Below are positions 51,901 through 63,189 of a stretch of DNA of 64,000 nucleotides, one piece after another. Source of the stretch: Selaginella moellendorffii (Eukaryota; Plantae; Lycopodiophyta); contig NW_003314393.1 of the NCBI RefSeq assembly GCF_000143415.4, positions 322,169 to 386,168 on the forward strand, in the 5' to 3' direction. The translations under genes were made by a program, and so were the position numbers. Numbering within the stretch: the first letter of the stretch is position 1; every line of letters starts with the position of its first letter. The notes beneath the pieces were generated by a model. It did no database searches. It had not been told where the DNA came from and worked only from the letters and a program-made list of their open reading frames with translations.

Positions 51901-54619
51901 TTCTGTCCACAGGCACTGCCGTAACTGGAGAGTGCGGGCGTTGCTGTGGAGGCGAGTTTCTTCCCAAGCCATAGCGTTGGGTTCGTTCGTGGAGTGGGGT
52001 GTTGTTGTGGTGCTGTGAGGGCTGCATCTCTTGTCCTCTGGGAGGTGAAGGTGGTTTCTGGTTCTGAGTTGGCTGGCGTTGTTGGGCTGCTGGAGGAGGT
52101 CGTGGTGTAGTCTGGCGCCCTCGGCCGCTTGGCCAGTTCGGTTGGGACCGTGGGGGTCGACCGTTTCCTCGAGACTGGCGTTGGCCACCTCTGCCAGTCA
52201 TGGCTGGCTGGGAACCAAGCACGGTTGGAGATTGCCGGTGCAAGGGACCCCTTGAAGAAAAACCCGGGGCATCGGAATGGGTGGGAGGAGTCCCAGTAAC
52301 CACATTCCGCCCCTGCTCGTTTCCCTGCCATCCATGGGTAACGTCACGTTCACCACTGGGGAGAGAAACCTTGCGTGTCTTTGAAGAGCCTGCTTCACGT
52401 ATGTGGAGTGAGGTATCCGTCCTTTGCTGTCGTTTGCCTTGTGATCTGGTGCCTCTGCCAGCATCTTCGTGGTGTTGTCTCGGAATTCCACGCTCCCTCT
52501 CCTTCCACATCTTGTCAAAGCAGCTCTGGACAAGCATCTTAACAGTGTCTTCCTTGGGCAGTGTCTCCGCCTTGGCTCGTGCAGCATCCTCTGCAGCTTC
52601 CCTTTGCTTGCGAGCATTTTCCTTTTTGCTCTCCTCAACTCCATATGCCACTGCTCCAATTGCAGTCGCACGTTGGTATTCAGCTATCAACTGATGCTTG
52701 CGGGCATTGAGAGTATGTGTGACAGCCTCTCGTTGTGCATTGCCACAAGCCTGCAAAGCACAGTGAACAAAATCATCCATTCGATCATTAAAACGTTGAG
52801 AGAGTCCATGGTTGATGAGATCCGCAAGGGTAGCAGCCTCAGCCTCTCGTGCCTTGAGCAGAGAATCAAGAAGGTCCTTCAAGTATTGTTCGTGGATTGC
52901 TTTGATGCTGGTATCAAGAAGTTCCTGACCGTGAGAGGTCACCTCAAGCTTTGGCACACGAATGCGAAGGTCTTGAGGGAACTGCTTTTTATCACGGAGC
53001 TGAGTCAATCTCTTCACAGCCTTGTGAGCTTGATTTAGAGACTTGAGCTCGTTCATGAATTCCTTGATCGAGCATTCAAGGATGGCAGAAAGAGCCTCAT
53101 CAAGCCTACCAAGTCCCTCAGTCGAGGAGCTAGTGAGGGCATTGCCAGGGGCAAGGAAAGGTGGCAACTGCTGTGGAAGAGTGTTTCCAGTAGCAGAAAT
53201 GCCAGCACTCTTCTGCAACACTGTGAAGAGGTCTACCAATCCAGAGAATGGAGTAGATGATGGCACAGCTGGGGATGAAAAAGGTGGTGGGATTGAAGTT
53301 GTTGATGAAAAGAGTGTTGGTAAAGTTGAGGCCATGGAGAAAGGTGGTGTGGTGGAGAAGGTTAATGGAACAGGAGGCGAGATGGAGAAAGTTGGTGGAG
53401 TATGAGGTGTTGTAGCAAAGAGAGGAGGGCTAGTTGTCGATGGAGTAGGTGTATGGATGGTTGTAGTTGTGAGCACAGAGGTACATGCAAGCGTAGACAT
53501 GGGTGTATATGCTGGTGCATGTGGTGAGAGTGCGTTTGTTGTAGGCACAGCCATAGGGGATGTAGAGGTGGTCACAGGTGGCACAACGGATCTCCTAGGC
53601 GGCATAGTTGCTACTGGGGCAGTTGCTGGAGACAGAGTGGGCTGCATATCTGTCACTGATGCTACAGTGGACCATGTAGCCGTTGACAGTGGTGCTGAGA
53701 CAGGTCGTGAAGCCAAGTGTCGTTCAGCCAAGTGTCGTTCCTCTGTAAGTGCCAGTTCCCTCAAGAATTCAGGAGAAGCTGAAGGAGACTCGGTCGTGAG
53801 TGCATATACTGACGTTTGAGGTGGTAGAGTGCGTGGTAGTGGTGTTGGAACTGACGTTTGAGGTGGTAGAGTGCGTGGTAGTGGTGTTGGAACTGACGTT
53901 TGAGGTGGTAGAGTGCGTGGTAGTGGTGTTGGAACTGACGTTTGAGGTGGTAGAGTGCGTGGTAGTGGTGTTGGAACTGACGTTTGAACTGGTAGAGTGC
54001 GTGGTAGTGGTGTTGGAACTGGTGCAGAGCAGGACGTTTGTATGGTAGTAAGCATTGTAATTGGTATGGAAGACAGCGTTGTATTTGGTGTGGAGGAAGA
54101 AGATGGTATGATACGAGATGAGAGTGTAAATCCGTGAATAGGGGCTGATCCATGAATGGAATTGGATGGTGGAGGATTTGGTGTTTGACGAGATGATGAA
54201 GCGATGTGAGGAGGTGATGGAGGAGCATTTGCCATAAGAGGAAGAGAACACTGGTCATGCATTACTCCAGAAGTTGCAGCTGTGTCTTCAATCTCAATCG
54301 GTCCTGGACCAGAGTCCCAGATGAAGTATGAGCGAACGTCCCGGTGAGAGAAATTCGGCCACAGTCCACGATGAGATTGAGGAGCTTGTGCACGCTGAGA
54401 AGGCAAGACAAGTGTCTGTTGGGAAGGCAAGACGAGCGTGTCGTGTGTGTTCTGCCTTGACTCAGGAGGTGAGAATTCCGGTGTGGGGGACCGGGAATTC
54501 GTTGGTATCTCCTGATCTGCAGCAGCGTTGATAGAACAGATGAGATTCAAGGGCACTCCAGCACTTAAACTATGACTAAGTGGCGATGAAGATGAAGAAA
54601 AAGGGCTAGAAGCTTGCAT
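51869..54619 (-). CDS. Putative PLE ORF1: Pro/Ser/Thr-rich N-terminus, helical/coiled-coil core, basic Arg/Gln-rich tail (916 aa)
   Basis: Long intact ORF directly upstream of and overlapping the RT-like frame. Confidence 0.65.
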   Translation of the reverse strand: MQASSPFSSSSSPLSHSLSAGVPLNLICSINAAADQEIPTNSRSPTPEFSPPESRQNTHDTLVLPSQQTLVLPSQRAQAPQSHRGLWPNFSHRDVRSYFIWDSGPGPIEIEDTAATSGVMHDQCSLPLMANAPPSPPHIASSSRQTPNPPPSNSIHGSAPIHGFTLSSRIIPSSSSTPNTTLSSIPITMLTTIQTSCSAPVPTPLPRTLPVQTSVPTPLPRTLPPQTSVPTPLPRTLPPQTSVPTPLPRTLPPQTSVPTPLPRTLPPQTSVYALTTESPSASPEFLRELALTEERHLAERHLASRPVSAPLSTATWSTVASVTDMQPTLSPATAPVATMPPRRSVVPPVTTSTSPMAVPTTNALSPHAPAYTPMSTLACTSVLTTTTIHTPTPSTTSPPLFATTPHTPPTFSISPPVPLTFSTTPPFSMASTLPTLFSSTTSIPPPFSSPAVPSSTPFSGLVDLFTVLQKSAGISATGNTLPQQLPPFLAPGNALTSSSTEGLGRLDEALSAILECSIKEFMNELKSLNQAHKAVKRLTQLRDKKQFPQDLRIRVPKLEVTSHGQELLDTSIKAIHEQYLKDLLDSLLKAREAEAATLADLINHGLSQRFNDRMDDFVHCALQACGNAQREAVTHTLNARKHQLIAEYQRATAIGAVAYGVEESKKENARKQREAAEDAARAKAETLPKEDTVKMLVQSCFDKMWKERERGIPRQHHEDAGRGTRSQGKRQQRTDTSLHIREAGSSKTRKVSLPSGERDVTHGWQGNEQGRNVVTGTPPTHSDAPGFSSRGPLHRQSPTVLGSQPAMTGRGGQRQSRGNGRPPRSQPNWPSGRGRQTTPRPPPAAQQRQPTQNQKPPSPPRGQEMQPSQHHNNTPLHERTQRYGLGRNSPPQQRPHSPVTAVPVDRKGKAKVSGYL
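53808..54020. repeat. 42-bp coding tandem repeat x5 (QTSVPTPLPRTLPP)
   Basis: ACTGACGTTTGAGGTGGTAGAGTGCGTGGTAGTGGTGTTGGA units. Confidence 0.95.
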
Positions 54620-54924
54620 GCCTACTACTCACAGACCGTCACAGCGAGCAGAAAGTGTAAGGGATTGAGATCCCTAAGAAGAAATATATATATATGGATG
54701 ATTAATTCTACGTGGCAACATACGATCAGCCATTTGGTGAAGGGTTTCAGCCATTTGGTGAGTTATAATGAAGTCATTTGGTGAGAGTGTAGATCCATGT
54801 TGCATCCTTCATGGGGAGCTAGTGAAAGAAATCTGTTCTTAAGCCTCCAGACGGTCAGCAGAAGAGCAGGAGATCCTTCTCTGAGTTACACCCATAAATT
54901 CTTCACAGGGAACTAGTGCAAGAA

Positions 54925-55132
54925 AGGGTTTAGGGTTTAGGGTTTAGGTTTTAGGGTTTAGGGTTTAGGGTTTAGGGGTTTAGGGTTTAGGGGTTTAGGG
55001 GTTTAGGTTTAGGGTTTAGGGTTTAGGGTTGAGGGTTGAGGGTTGAGGGTTTAGGGTTTAGGGTTTTAGGGTTTAGGGTTTCGGGTTTAGGGTTTAGGGT
55101 TTAGGGTTTAGGGTTTAGGGTTTAGGGTTTAG
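54925..55132 (+). repeat. Internal telomeric array (TTTAGGG)n with TTGAGGG variants
   Basis: Direct reading. Confidence 0.97.
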
Positions 55133-58100
55133 CAATTCAGTAGTTTGATAAACATGCAAATACAGAACTTGATGCAAAATCCTTTGATATGTCACAATGC
55201 CCCTAGGACCATAAACACATTTCAATAGAGAGGGTCCTTTCATTTCATAACTCCTTACGTAGATCTTGGTGAAACCAGAGTTAGTGAAGTTGGTTTCTTG
55301 TGATCCCGCATCTGATTATGATGTCCCTTTGCAGTGTCGATGGAAAGGTCAATGCACACCAAACTGTAGAATCTTGGAGCAAAATAACGGTCGGATCTAT
55401 GGCAAATGCCCCTGAAACATTGTAAGGCTCGTGTGGTCTCATGTGGTGTCTGATCGAGATGCTTCTTTGCAGAGTCATCAAGAAGGACATTATATACCAT
55501 TCTTTATTTAGCTGAACATCTGGCATTTTTGGAAATACAAGATGCTTTGGAATATCCAATCATGCATGGTATAAATATAGCGAGGGTATTAAATGATATC
55601 CCAATCATGATCTTTCTTTTGGATTTCGCGTGCATGCAGTCCGAGGAATGATGACGTTGCGGATTTCTTTTGGATTTCACGTGCATGCATGCGCATGGCA
55701 ATCCAGAAATTAATGGTGGCGCCCAAGTCCGAGGAATGATGACATTGCGGGATTACCAACCGTCGTGACATTTCGCGCGTGTGAGGTTAGGTTTTGCATC
55801 GTACTCGCGCTCGCATCGCGCTCCCACTCGTGATCACACTCACATTCACGCTCATCTACCTTCTCTACAGGTTTCTCGTGTGCATCGGCATCCACTCGCG
55901 CTTGCATCACACTCGCGCTCGCATCGCGCTCGTGTGCATCGGTGTCCACTTCAAGACACACCCAATTTGTAACTTTGCCGCCAACTCCGCCGCCCACTCC
56001 GCCACCCACACGCAGCCCACTTGGCGTCCCGGGAGATTTCAGCACCACTCTCCAACTGTAAGTGGCAGAGTAGCCTTGCTGCTACGATCCGCTGCACACA
56101 CAGTGCACATTCGCCAGCGAGTTCGGCCTCGATTGTCACGCCTCCATTCGGCTTCAAATGGTAAGTCTTTTAGGCCAAGTAGAAAATGGCATGAGGCCAC
56201 ATGCCATTCAATAGCAACATTGGCATGCACCGATTGGGCTCTCAAGTGCAGTCCGGTTACAGATGGCGTGTAGCCTCACGCCATCTTAGGATGCAGCCTC
56301 AAGACATCTGATGCAGTGGTGAATGGCGTGTGGCCTCACGTTATTTCCAGCTGCTAGCTTTTCATCTGTCAGCTCTAATTGTTGTGCATTTTTGAACAGG
56401 CGAGGAATTGCGTTCTTCTTCCAGCCACTGTCAATGTGGATGCAGAGAAGAGGGAGGAGCTCACCAGCTGGACTTTCGGGATGGAAGGCGAGGATCTGAG
56501 GCTGTACAACACAGATGGTGGGAGAAAAGAATGCATGGGGATTCTCATCCAAGTGACAGACACTCCATGCAGTTCCATGCAAGAATATGGACTGGCACTT
56601 GTGGTAGAGACAGCGTCCGCCTTCAAGATCCACCTTGCACATCCTAGTGGCTTCCCGGAGGGGGGCAGCGGCTATGAGGAATTCCTAGAGGGAGCTAGGG
56701 AGAGGTTGTCCAGGAGGCCCACAATTTCAAAAACGCTGTGGGTCTATGAAGATCACATGGAATCCACAGACCTCACCTACGGTGATGTTCAAAAACTATA
56801 TTCCAACATTGAGCCGTTGAGAGTGCTTCCAGTTCGCGAAGCGAAGGGGAAGGGGGTCGATCTGGAAACTACCCCGAAGCAGAAAAGGGTCGTCAAGCTC
56901 AAGCCGACGTCCGACTCTCCTACTCCAAAAAAGAAGCTACTCGGTGATGCCATTGCCTCGGGTTCAAACACTACACCCACCAAAAAGAAGAGCCGCAAAG
57001 AGCAGAAAGAGCAAGAAGAGGCAGCAAAAATCGTTGCAGATAATAGTACTTGTTACTATTTCAACAACGTATATACAATCGACGTGAGCCGTATCGACAT
57101 CCAAAGCAAATACAACCACAGGCTAGTATCTGATGAGTGGGTGGAGAAACTGAAGCAGAAGATGCTGGCAAGTCCAGTAACACCCGACATCGCAGACGTG
57201 ATCCCCTACTACCGAACAATGAAGGGCGAGACGAGGTTTCCAGACTTGATCAATAGGAAGGTGTTGGACAATCAGAACATCCGGTTCTATGCCGTCTCCG
57301 GGCAGCATTCTTTCTAGCTTGGCGATGCAAGAGATAGTTGTGGATATTATGGTGGGCGAGGAGGTGAAGAAAGTCTTCAAGACAAGAGTTGTCCGCCTGA
57401 TAAAAGGCAACTCGCCCCTCCGATCTATCATATACATCTCCCACGCGCAGAATGTCAAGCCCCTGCTGCCTGTTCGGTCATGTCCACTTTGCCAACGGAG
57501 GCACCAGCTGAAATGGCGTGTGATCACACGCCATCGGAACCACCCCATGCCACTGTTGAGCCAGTTGTACCAGAGTCTACAGCTGAAATGGCATGTGCCC
57601 ACACGCCATCGGATGCGATTGACCCCACATTGCAGAGGAGAGTATTTCCGCCCTTCACGTTTCCTCGACCAAAACCCTCTCAACGACCATCGGGAGCACC
57701 ATTCGCTAATATTGTAGATGGTAAAATTGACTTGTACCATTTTTTATGCTGACGCATTTCATTTCAGAGTCATGGCGAAGGTACTGTATCATTTTTGATC
57801 TGAACGGTGTCCTTTTCTCCCATGAGCGTGGCTTGTCCTCGAATGTCACTGCACCCTCCAAAGCCTGCGGTCGCAAGTTGGTCAAAAGAGACAAATTCAC
57901 ATTAATCACACGGGAGAAACTGCGGGATCTAATAATGACCATGCGACACTTAAAACAGAGGGCCGGGTTCAATTTGCAATTGGGAGTTTGGACATCCATG
58001 ATGCGCCACAATGCATTAACGTTGCTACAAATGATGCACGATCAGATGCGAGTAATATTACCATTTGACTTTCTCCTAACATAGGAGGATTGCTTGACTA

Positions 58101-59070
58101 TGGTCCATGTGAGGGGTAGCAAGCCCATCTTCGTCAAGCCAGAGGCTGTAGTGATGAACCGGACTGCTAGGTCAAGTGAAATCCTCATCATCGATGACTC
58201 GCCGATTAAAACTGCAGCGAACACGCACACATATGCAGTGCACCCCATCTCTTGCAGTATGGAAACTAGGGAAAAGAAACCGTATGTTCTGGGGACCTTG
58301 CAAAACGGCTTGGAGCGATGGTGATAGAGAACCGGCCAGTCCAGGAGGTGGCTGCAGAAATCAACCAAATGGCAGATGGAACGGTATATCAGAAGCCATT
58401 TGATCGGACAGACACCAGTCATCATTTATGGCATGTATATTGTCTAGCAAGCACTATCTGCATCTCCATAATCTGCTCAACCGGATGGGTTCTTCGACCA
58501 CTGAATATGAGCGTGGACGTATTAGAGAAGAGATGGCATTACTATTGGGTTTAAATCCTGATAGTGTGGAGAGTGATGAAATTCCAAGATTATTGTATAG
58601 GCGTTGGAGGCAAAAAATAACAGTCTGAGATGGCATGTATTTATTTAAAAATGTAACTTATTATGGCATGGGGTTCCATGCCATTGTATTAATATTAAAA
58701 GACAATTCTTTGAGAGGATTTGCATTATACTAGAAGTGTTACAGCATGTTATTAGAAGTTTACGAAGTTGTTTTATTAATAAGGGGAAAGTAAAGATTGA
58801 ATGGGGACTTGGGCTCCACCTAGACTCGGAGCAACTGAGCCAATATTAAAAGGATGGAAAGAAATTGGACGATGATGACAAGGAGAAGAGAGAGGTGAAG
58901 TAGTGGTAGGGGGAGGAGAAGTGATTGAGTAGACATTTCCTTGTTTAAAATAAAATGGCATGTGCCTCAATGCAGTTGAATTTTGTTATATTTATATACT
59001 ATATAAAGGTTTGGAAACCTTATTTTACAAGTGGGATAATAACAATTCCCACTTTAATGAAATAGAGCTT
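55133..59070. mobile_element. Sola-like element copy 2: right portion with accessory gene and right TIR; left part lost at a telomeric array
   Basis: 58546-59070 is near-identical to 34015-34539, ending ...TAATGAAATAGAGCTT. Same palindromes throughout. Inserted into a Gypsy RT region. Confidence 0.8.
56158..58628 (+). pseudogene. Sola accessory gene: basic region + ParB-like domain + FCP1/SCP-type HAD phosphatase domain (frameshifts and stops in this copy)
   Basis: ATG at 56158, introns 56161-56399 and 57721-57767. ParB-like YNHRLVSDEWVEKLKQKML..FYAVSGQHS. HAD motifs IIFDLNGVL, LGVWTSMM, ILIIDDSPIK. Frameshift near 57312, TAG at 58082. Confidence 0.65.
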
Positions 59071-62020
59071 AATACGGGAGCCTTCCTCAACTTCCCCTTG
59101 AGGTGGACAAATGCCGCCTTGCATTCCACTATCCATACCATCTTCCCTTTTCATGTTTGGTCCGTTAAGGGCAGGGCTACTCTCGAATAGTGTCTGATAA
59201 ACTTTCAATAGTAGTTGCATAGCCCCAAGAATGCCCTTAACCTGTGTACATTCGATGATCACTCCCAATCTTGGATCGCTTGGACCTTCTCAGGGTCCAC
59301 CTTGAGCCCGTCCTTGCCCACCACATGCCCGAGAAACTTTACCTCTTGTTGAGCAAAGTCACATTTGCTCTCTTTAGCATACAGCTAGTGTTCCCTTAGT
59401 TTCTCAAACACCTTTGTCAAGTGTTTGGCATGCTCCTCTAGCATTTCGCTATAGATCAGGATGTCGTTAATATAGACGACCACGAAGTGATCCAGATAGG
59501 GTATAAAGATATGGTTCATTAACGTCGAAAACATTGCCGGCGCATTGCATAGCCCGAAGGGCATCACCAGAAACTCAAAGCTCCCATACCTCATTCGACA
59601 GGTTGTCTTCTCGACATCTTCCTCTGCTACCCTGATCTGGTAGTATCCTGACCTTAGGTCAATCCTTGAGAAGTATTTTGCCTTTCCCAACCTATCGAAC
59701 AGGTCCTCAATCCTTGGCAAAGGGTACTTGTTCTTCTTTGTATACTTGTTGAGTAACCGGTAGTTTATGCACATGCGCATAGATCCATCTTTCTTTTTCA
59801 CAAGTAGCACTGGCGCCCCATATGGCGACTTGCTCAACCTAACATACCCTTTGTCCACCAACTCTTTTAGTTGGCGCTTGAGCTCCTCAAGTTCCTTTTC
59901 GTTCAAACGATAGGGGGGACGAACCACCGCCTCAGCACCCTCAACCAACTCAATCTTATGTTATATCGGTTGTGCGGGGGGCAACTCTGCCGGTAGCTCC
60001 TCCGGCATAGTATCCTGGAATTGGTCTAACACCCGCTAGATCACCAAAGGTACTTCTTCTGTTCCTGTCTTTTTGTCACTCCTCACTGAGAGTAAGCACA
60101 AAAATGCTGCCTTGGTCCCTTTAGTGAGTTGTCCTCTCGTGGACACCAGGTTTAAGCACGAATATTTGGCCTTGCATTGCCCCACCTTTAGATCTTGGGC
60201 CTCCACGAACCGATTGAACAAATCCATCCCGAAGATCACGTCAAATCCCGCCATGTCCAACACAGTGAAATCCATGTCTACTTTCCATGTCCCTACTTTG
60301 ACTCTCGCTTGTCGAAGTACCTCATCGGTGCTTTGGCTACCTTGAACAAACTCTATAGTCCTTGGTTCGCCCAGCCGCTGCACCGTTAGTCCGACTTGCC
60401 GGACTATGTCTGCAGCCACAAAATTATCCGAAGCACCCGTGTCAATAAGGATCTTAACAAAGCTACCCCCGAGCTTCCCTCGGAGGGCTAGTAGATGTCA
60501 CAACGACTCTCTACCAAAGTTGCTCGTGTAATGAGTAACTTTGAGCTAGGGTCTGGATCACATACCTCAGTTTGGACTTCACCCGACTTAATGGCCATAT
60601 TGGCTCTGGCCTTCTTCGGGTAGGGACATTCCCTCGAAAAGTGTCCTACTTCACCACAGTTCTAGCATACGTTGTTTCCCACACTGCTAAATGACTTGAC
60701 CTTCTTATCTGTGGGTTTGTCCCTTTTTGCTTGACTCCCCCATGTACTCGCTCGCTGGCCACCGGATTTGCCTTTCCGGAAGGACTAGTTTGCCTTTCCC
60801 CGAGGACTCATTCTTAAAAAAACTCTTCTTGAATTTCCCCTTGCTATATGTTCCCCTTGGTTTGGCCCCTTTGCTAAATGTGGACCCCGACCCCGTCGCG
60901 TTCCCCTTTCGAAGGTTATTGTTGAAATGCACCTTAATGGCCACATCCAACACTTCCTTGTAGTTGGTCGAGTTCCAGCGCATCATCTCACCGCGAGCCC
61001 AGGTTTGCAAACCTGATATGAAGGCATGGAACACATCCATATCCCCCATATCCGTGACAAGTATCTTCTTTGCCATAAACCCATTCACATACTCTTGAAT
61101 GGTTCCGGTCTGCTTCAGTTACTCAGCTCGTCTCTTAGATGCAGAGTAGCATTCGAAGGAACGTAAGTTGCACGGATCCTTGCCTTCATCATGTCCCAAG
61201 TGGCCACCGGTCCTTCATTGGCCTCCGTCATTCTCCACCAAGACTTGACATTATCTGCCAAGTATGGTTTTGCACATGGGACCTTCTCCGAGCTCGGTAA
61301 CCGCAACGCTTGGAAGTAGTCCTCCATATCGTAAAACCAGTCCTCCACCACCTTATAGTCGTTCACTCCCTTGAAGACCGGTGGGGGCTTTGGTTTATAC
61401 TTGGGAACTGCCTGAGGGATTGATTCCACTTCGGTCTGTTCGACCTTGTTTGGTTTTGCCTCAGTCCCTGCCGAAGGGTCTGCAACTTCTGTGCTGCCAG
61501 CATCTGCCATCTTTTGCCTTTTCTTCCGCTTCTTGTCACGCTTTAGCTTGCATATGAAAGTCTCCAGCAGGGCATTGGTCTGTGCCAATTGTCCTTCTAG
61601 AACGTCTAATCGAGCCTTGGACGACCGAACCTCACCACCGGACTCCTGTTTGGAAGTTTTCTCACTGGAGTCTTCCTCATGCAAGGATTCCTCATCTATA
61701 GCCTCTTGTTCGACCGGAGGCTCCAGCTCTAGAGGAGGTTCCGTCTCTGTCTTGGTTCGTTTTCACCCTGCATTTGCCATCTCCCAACAATCTGCCTCTA
61801 TCCTTCGCTAGAACTGAGGAAAAGGCTCCGATACCAAATTGTAAGCCATAAATTTTTCCTTTCCAATTTGCCAGCTTACCTCGTCTACCCGTCCAACACT
61901 GCCTTGGCTTTTGCTAAGTTCCCTCGCCAAGGTTCTCGCCTATGGTACCAGCTCCTACTTGGGTCTACTTGGTTTCAGCTACTCACTGCACAAGTAACAG
62001 AGCGTTAGCCATCCATCCAT
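59071..62020 (-). mobile_element. Second copy of the 25497-29667 Gypsy family (gag-PR-RT, PBS, LTR from 61840)
   Basis: High similarity to 25640-28630. [16 protein letters not shown] and MPFGLCNAP. Confidence 0.9.
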
Positions 62021-62024
62021 GGAT

Positions 62025-62984
62025 ACTATTTGTCAAGCATACTTGACCTGGCTAGAGAAACTCATTTGCTGACTTGCACTTGCTAGTGTTGGGAACCCCC
62101 TCGATATTGAGTCTAGTCCCTCAATATTTTTATATGATAGCTTACCATGTCCGCCAAACACCCTTGCTATCATACCCTTTGTGTTAGTCTCATTTCGGTC
62201 CCAAATGCTATTTGTGGAAAGTGTCTAGATTCACTCATTTGACATATTTACGGAATGTAAAGATTGGCTTGAACACAATGGTGTTCATTCCGTGTCCAAA
62301 TTTGCAATCTAGGGATATTCTATATTTAGTAAGTTTCGAGCTTATCCCAGAGACTAACTCCTGGTACTAAGGGTGGCTTGGGGTGAAAGCCCAAAGCATG
62401 CGTTCCTCAAAGGGGGGGGGGGGGGCTGTGGGGGGTTCTAAATATATAGTAGGGATAATAAATAGGTCGGGCATGGTCTAGCCTGAGGCATAGTCTAGCT
62501 CCCGCTTGCATGTTTGTCCTTGTTCTACGTTTGGCTTGGGTCTAAGCCCAAGCTCCACACCATGCTAGCTGGTGGAGTACCCATGTCCTCGCGTTAAGCC
62601 ACCGATATGCAGAAATAGCACCAAACTCCATTTGGCTCCATTTTGCGTGCTGGTCCTGGCGTTGGGATGCTGAATATTCTAGGATACTCTAGGATTATTC
62701 CAAGTTGCTCTATGTTCCTGTCCCTTTGCTCCTTGAACTGTATGCTCGAGAGTCATTCTGTGCTCTAGCACTATCGCTCCTTATCTCCATACTTGGGAGT
62801 TTGGCACCCTTCCTTCATTCTATAGCCCAAGGCCCTAAAACTCAGGTTCCATACTATTATCCTTTGGACATGTGGCATGTGACATATGGTATGTGACATG
62901 TGGCATATAGAGGGTTTAGGTTCCACTTCATGGTTATCCTATGGTAAATCACCATAAAATAAAAGGTAAAACCACATATGTTAT
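62025..62984 (+). repeat. LTR family A (5'-truncated)
   Basis: Homologous to ~2890-3599. Confidence 0.8.
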
Positions 62985-63189
62985 AATTGTCGCATGCTGT
63001 CACTATGAAAGCCATCAATGAAGTAGGATTTATTTTGATCTGGATCTTTTATTAGAACACAACTAACCAAGCAAATAAGCTTCTCAATATAGTCCTTGAG
63101 CATCATTTTCCCTTCCTGGAAATATCAAAGTTTTGTGCAAGCATTCTCCACGTCATAGTGAGGGGCAAAACATAAATGAAAAGTAATTT

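Larger units (their letters stand above)
51659..54924 (-). mobile_element. Telomere-associated Penelope-like retroelement fragment (ORF1 complete, RT ORF truncated)
   Basis: Bounded by telomeric arrays. ORF2 has VHNLSSRMLSAAEKRLLALGLSFIP, the typical PLE RT N-terminal motif. Confidence 0.75.

Noticed and set aside
54620-54924. Hammerhead ribozyme expected in PLE terminal regions
   Set aside because: No CTGANGA...GAAA core found by eye on the element's sense strand; the 3' UTR is missing from this copy.
51659-54924. Telomerase (TERT) gene fragment
   Set aside because: No TERT motifs or intron structure; the N-terminal motif and two-ORF layout fit a Penelope-like element.
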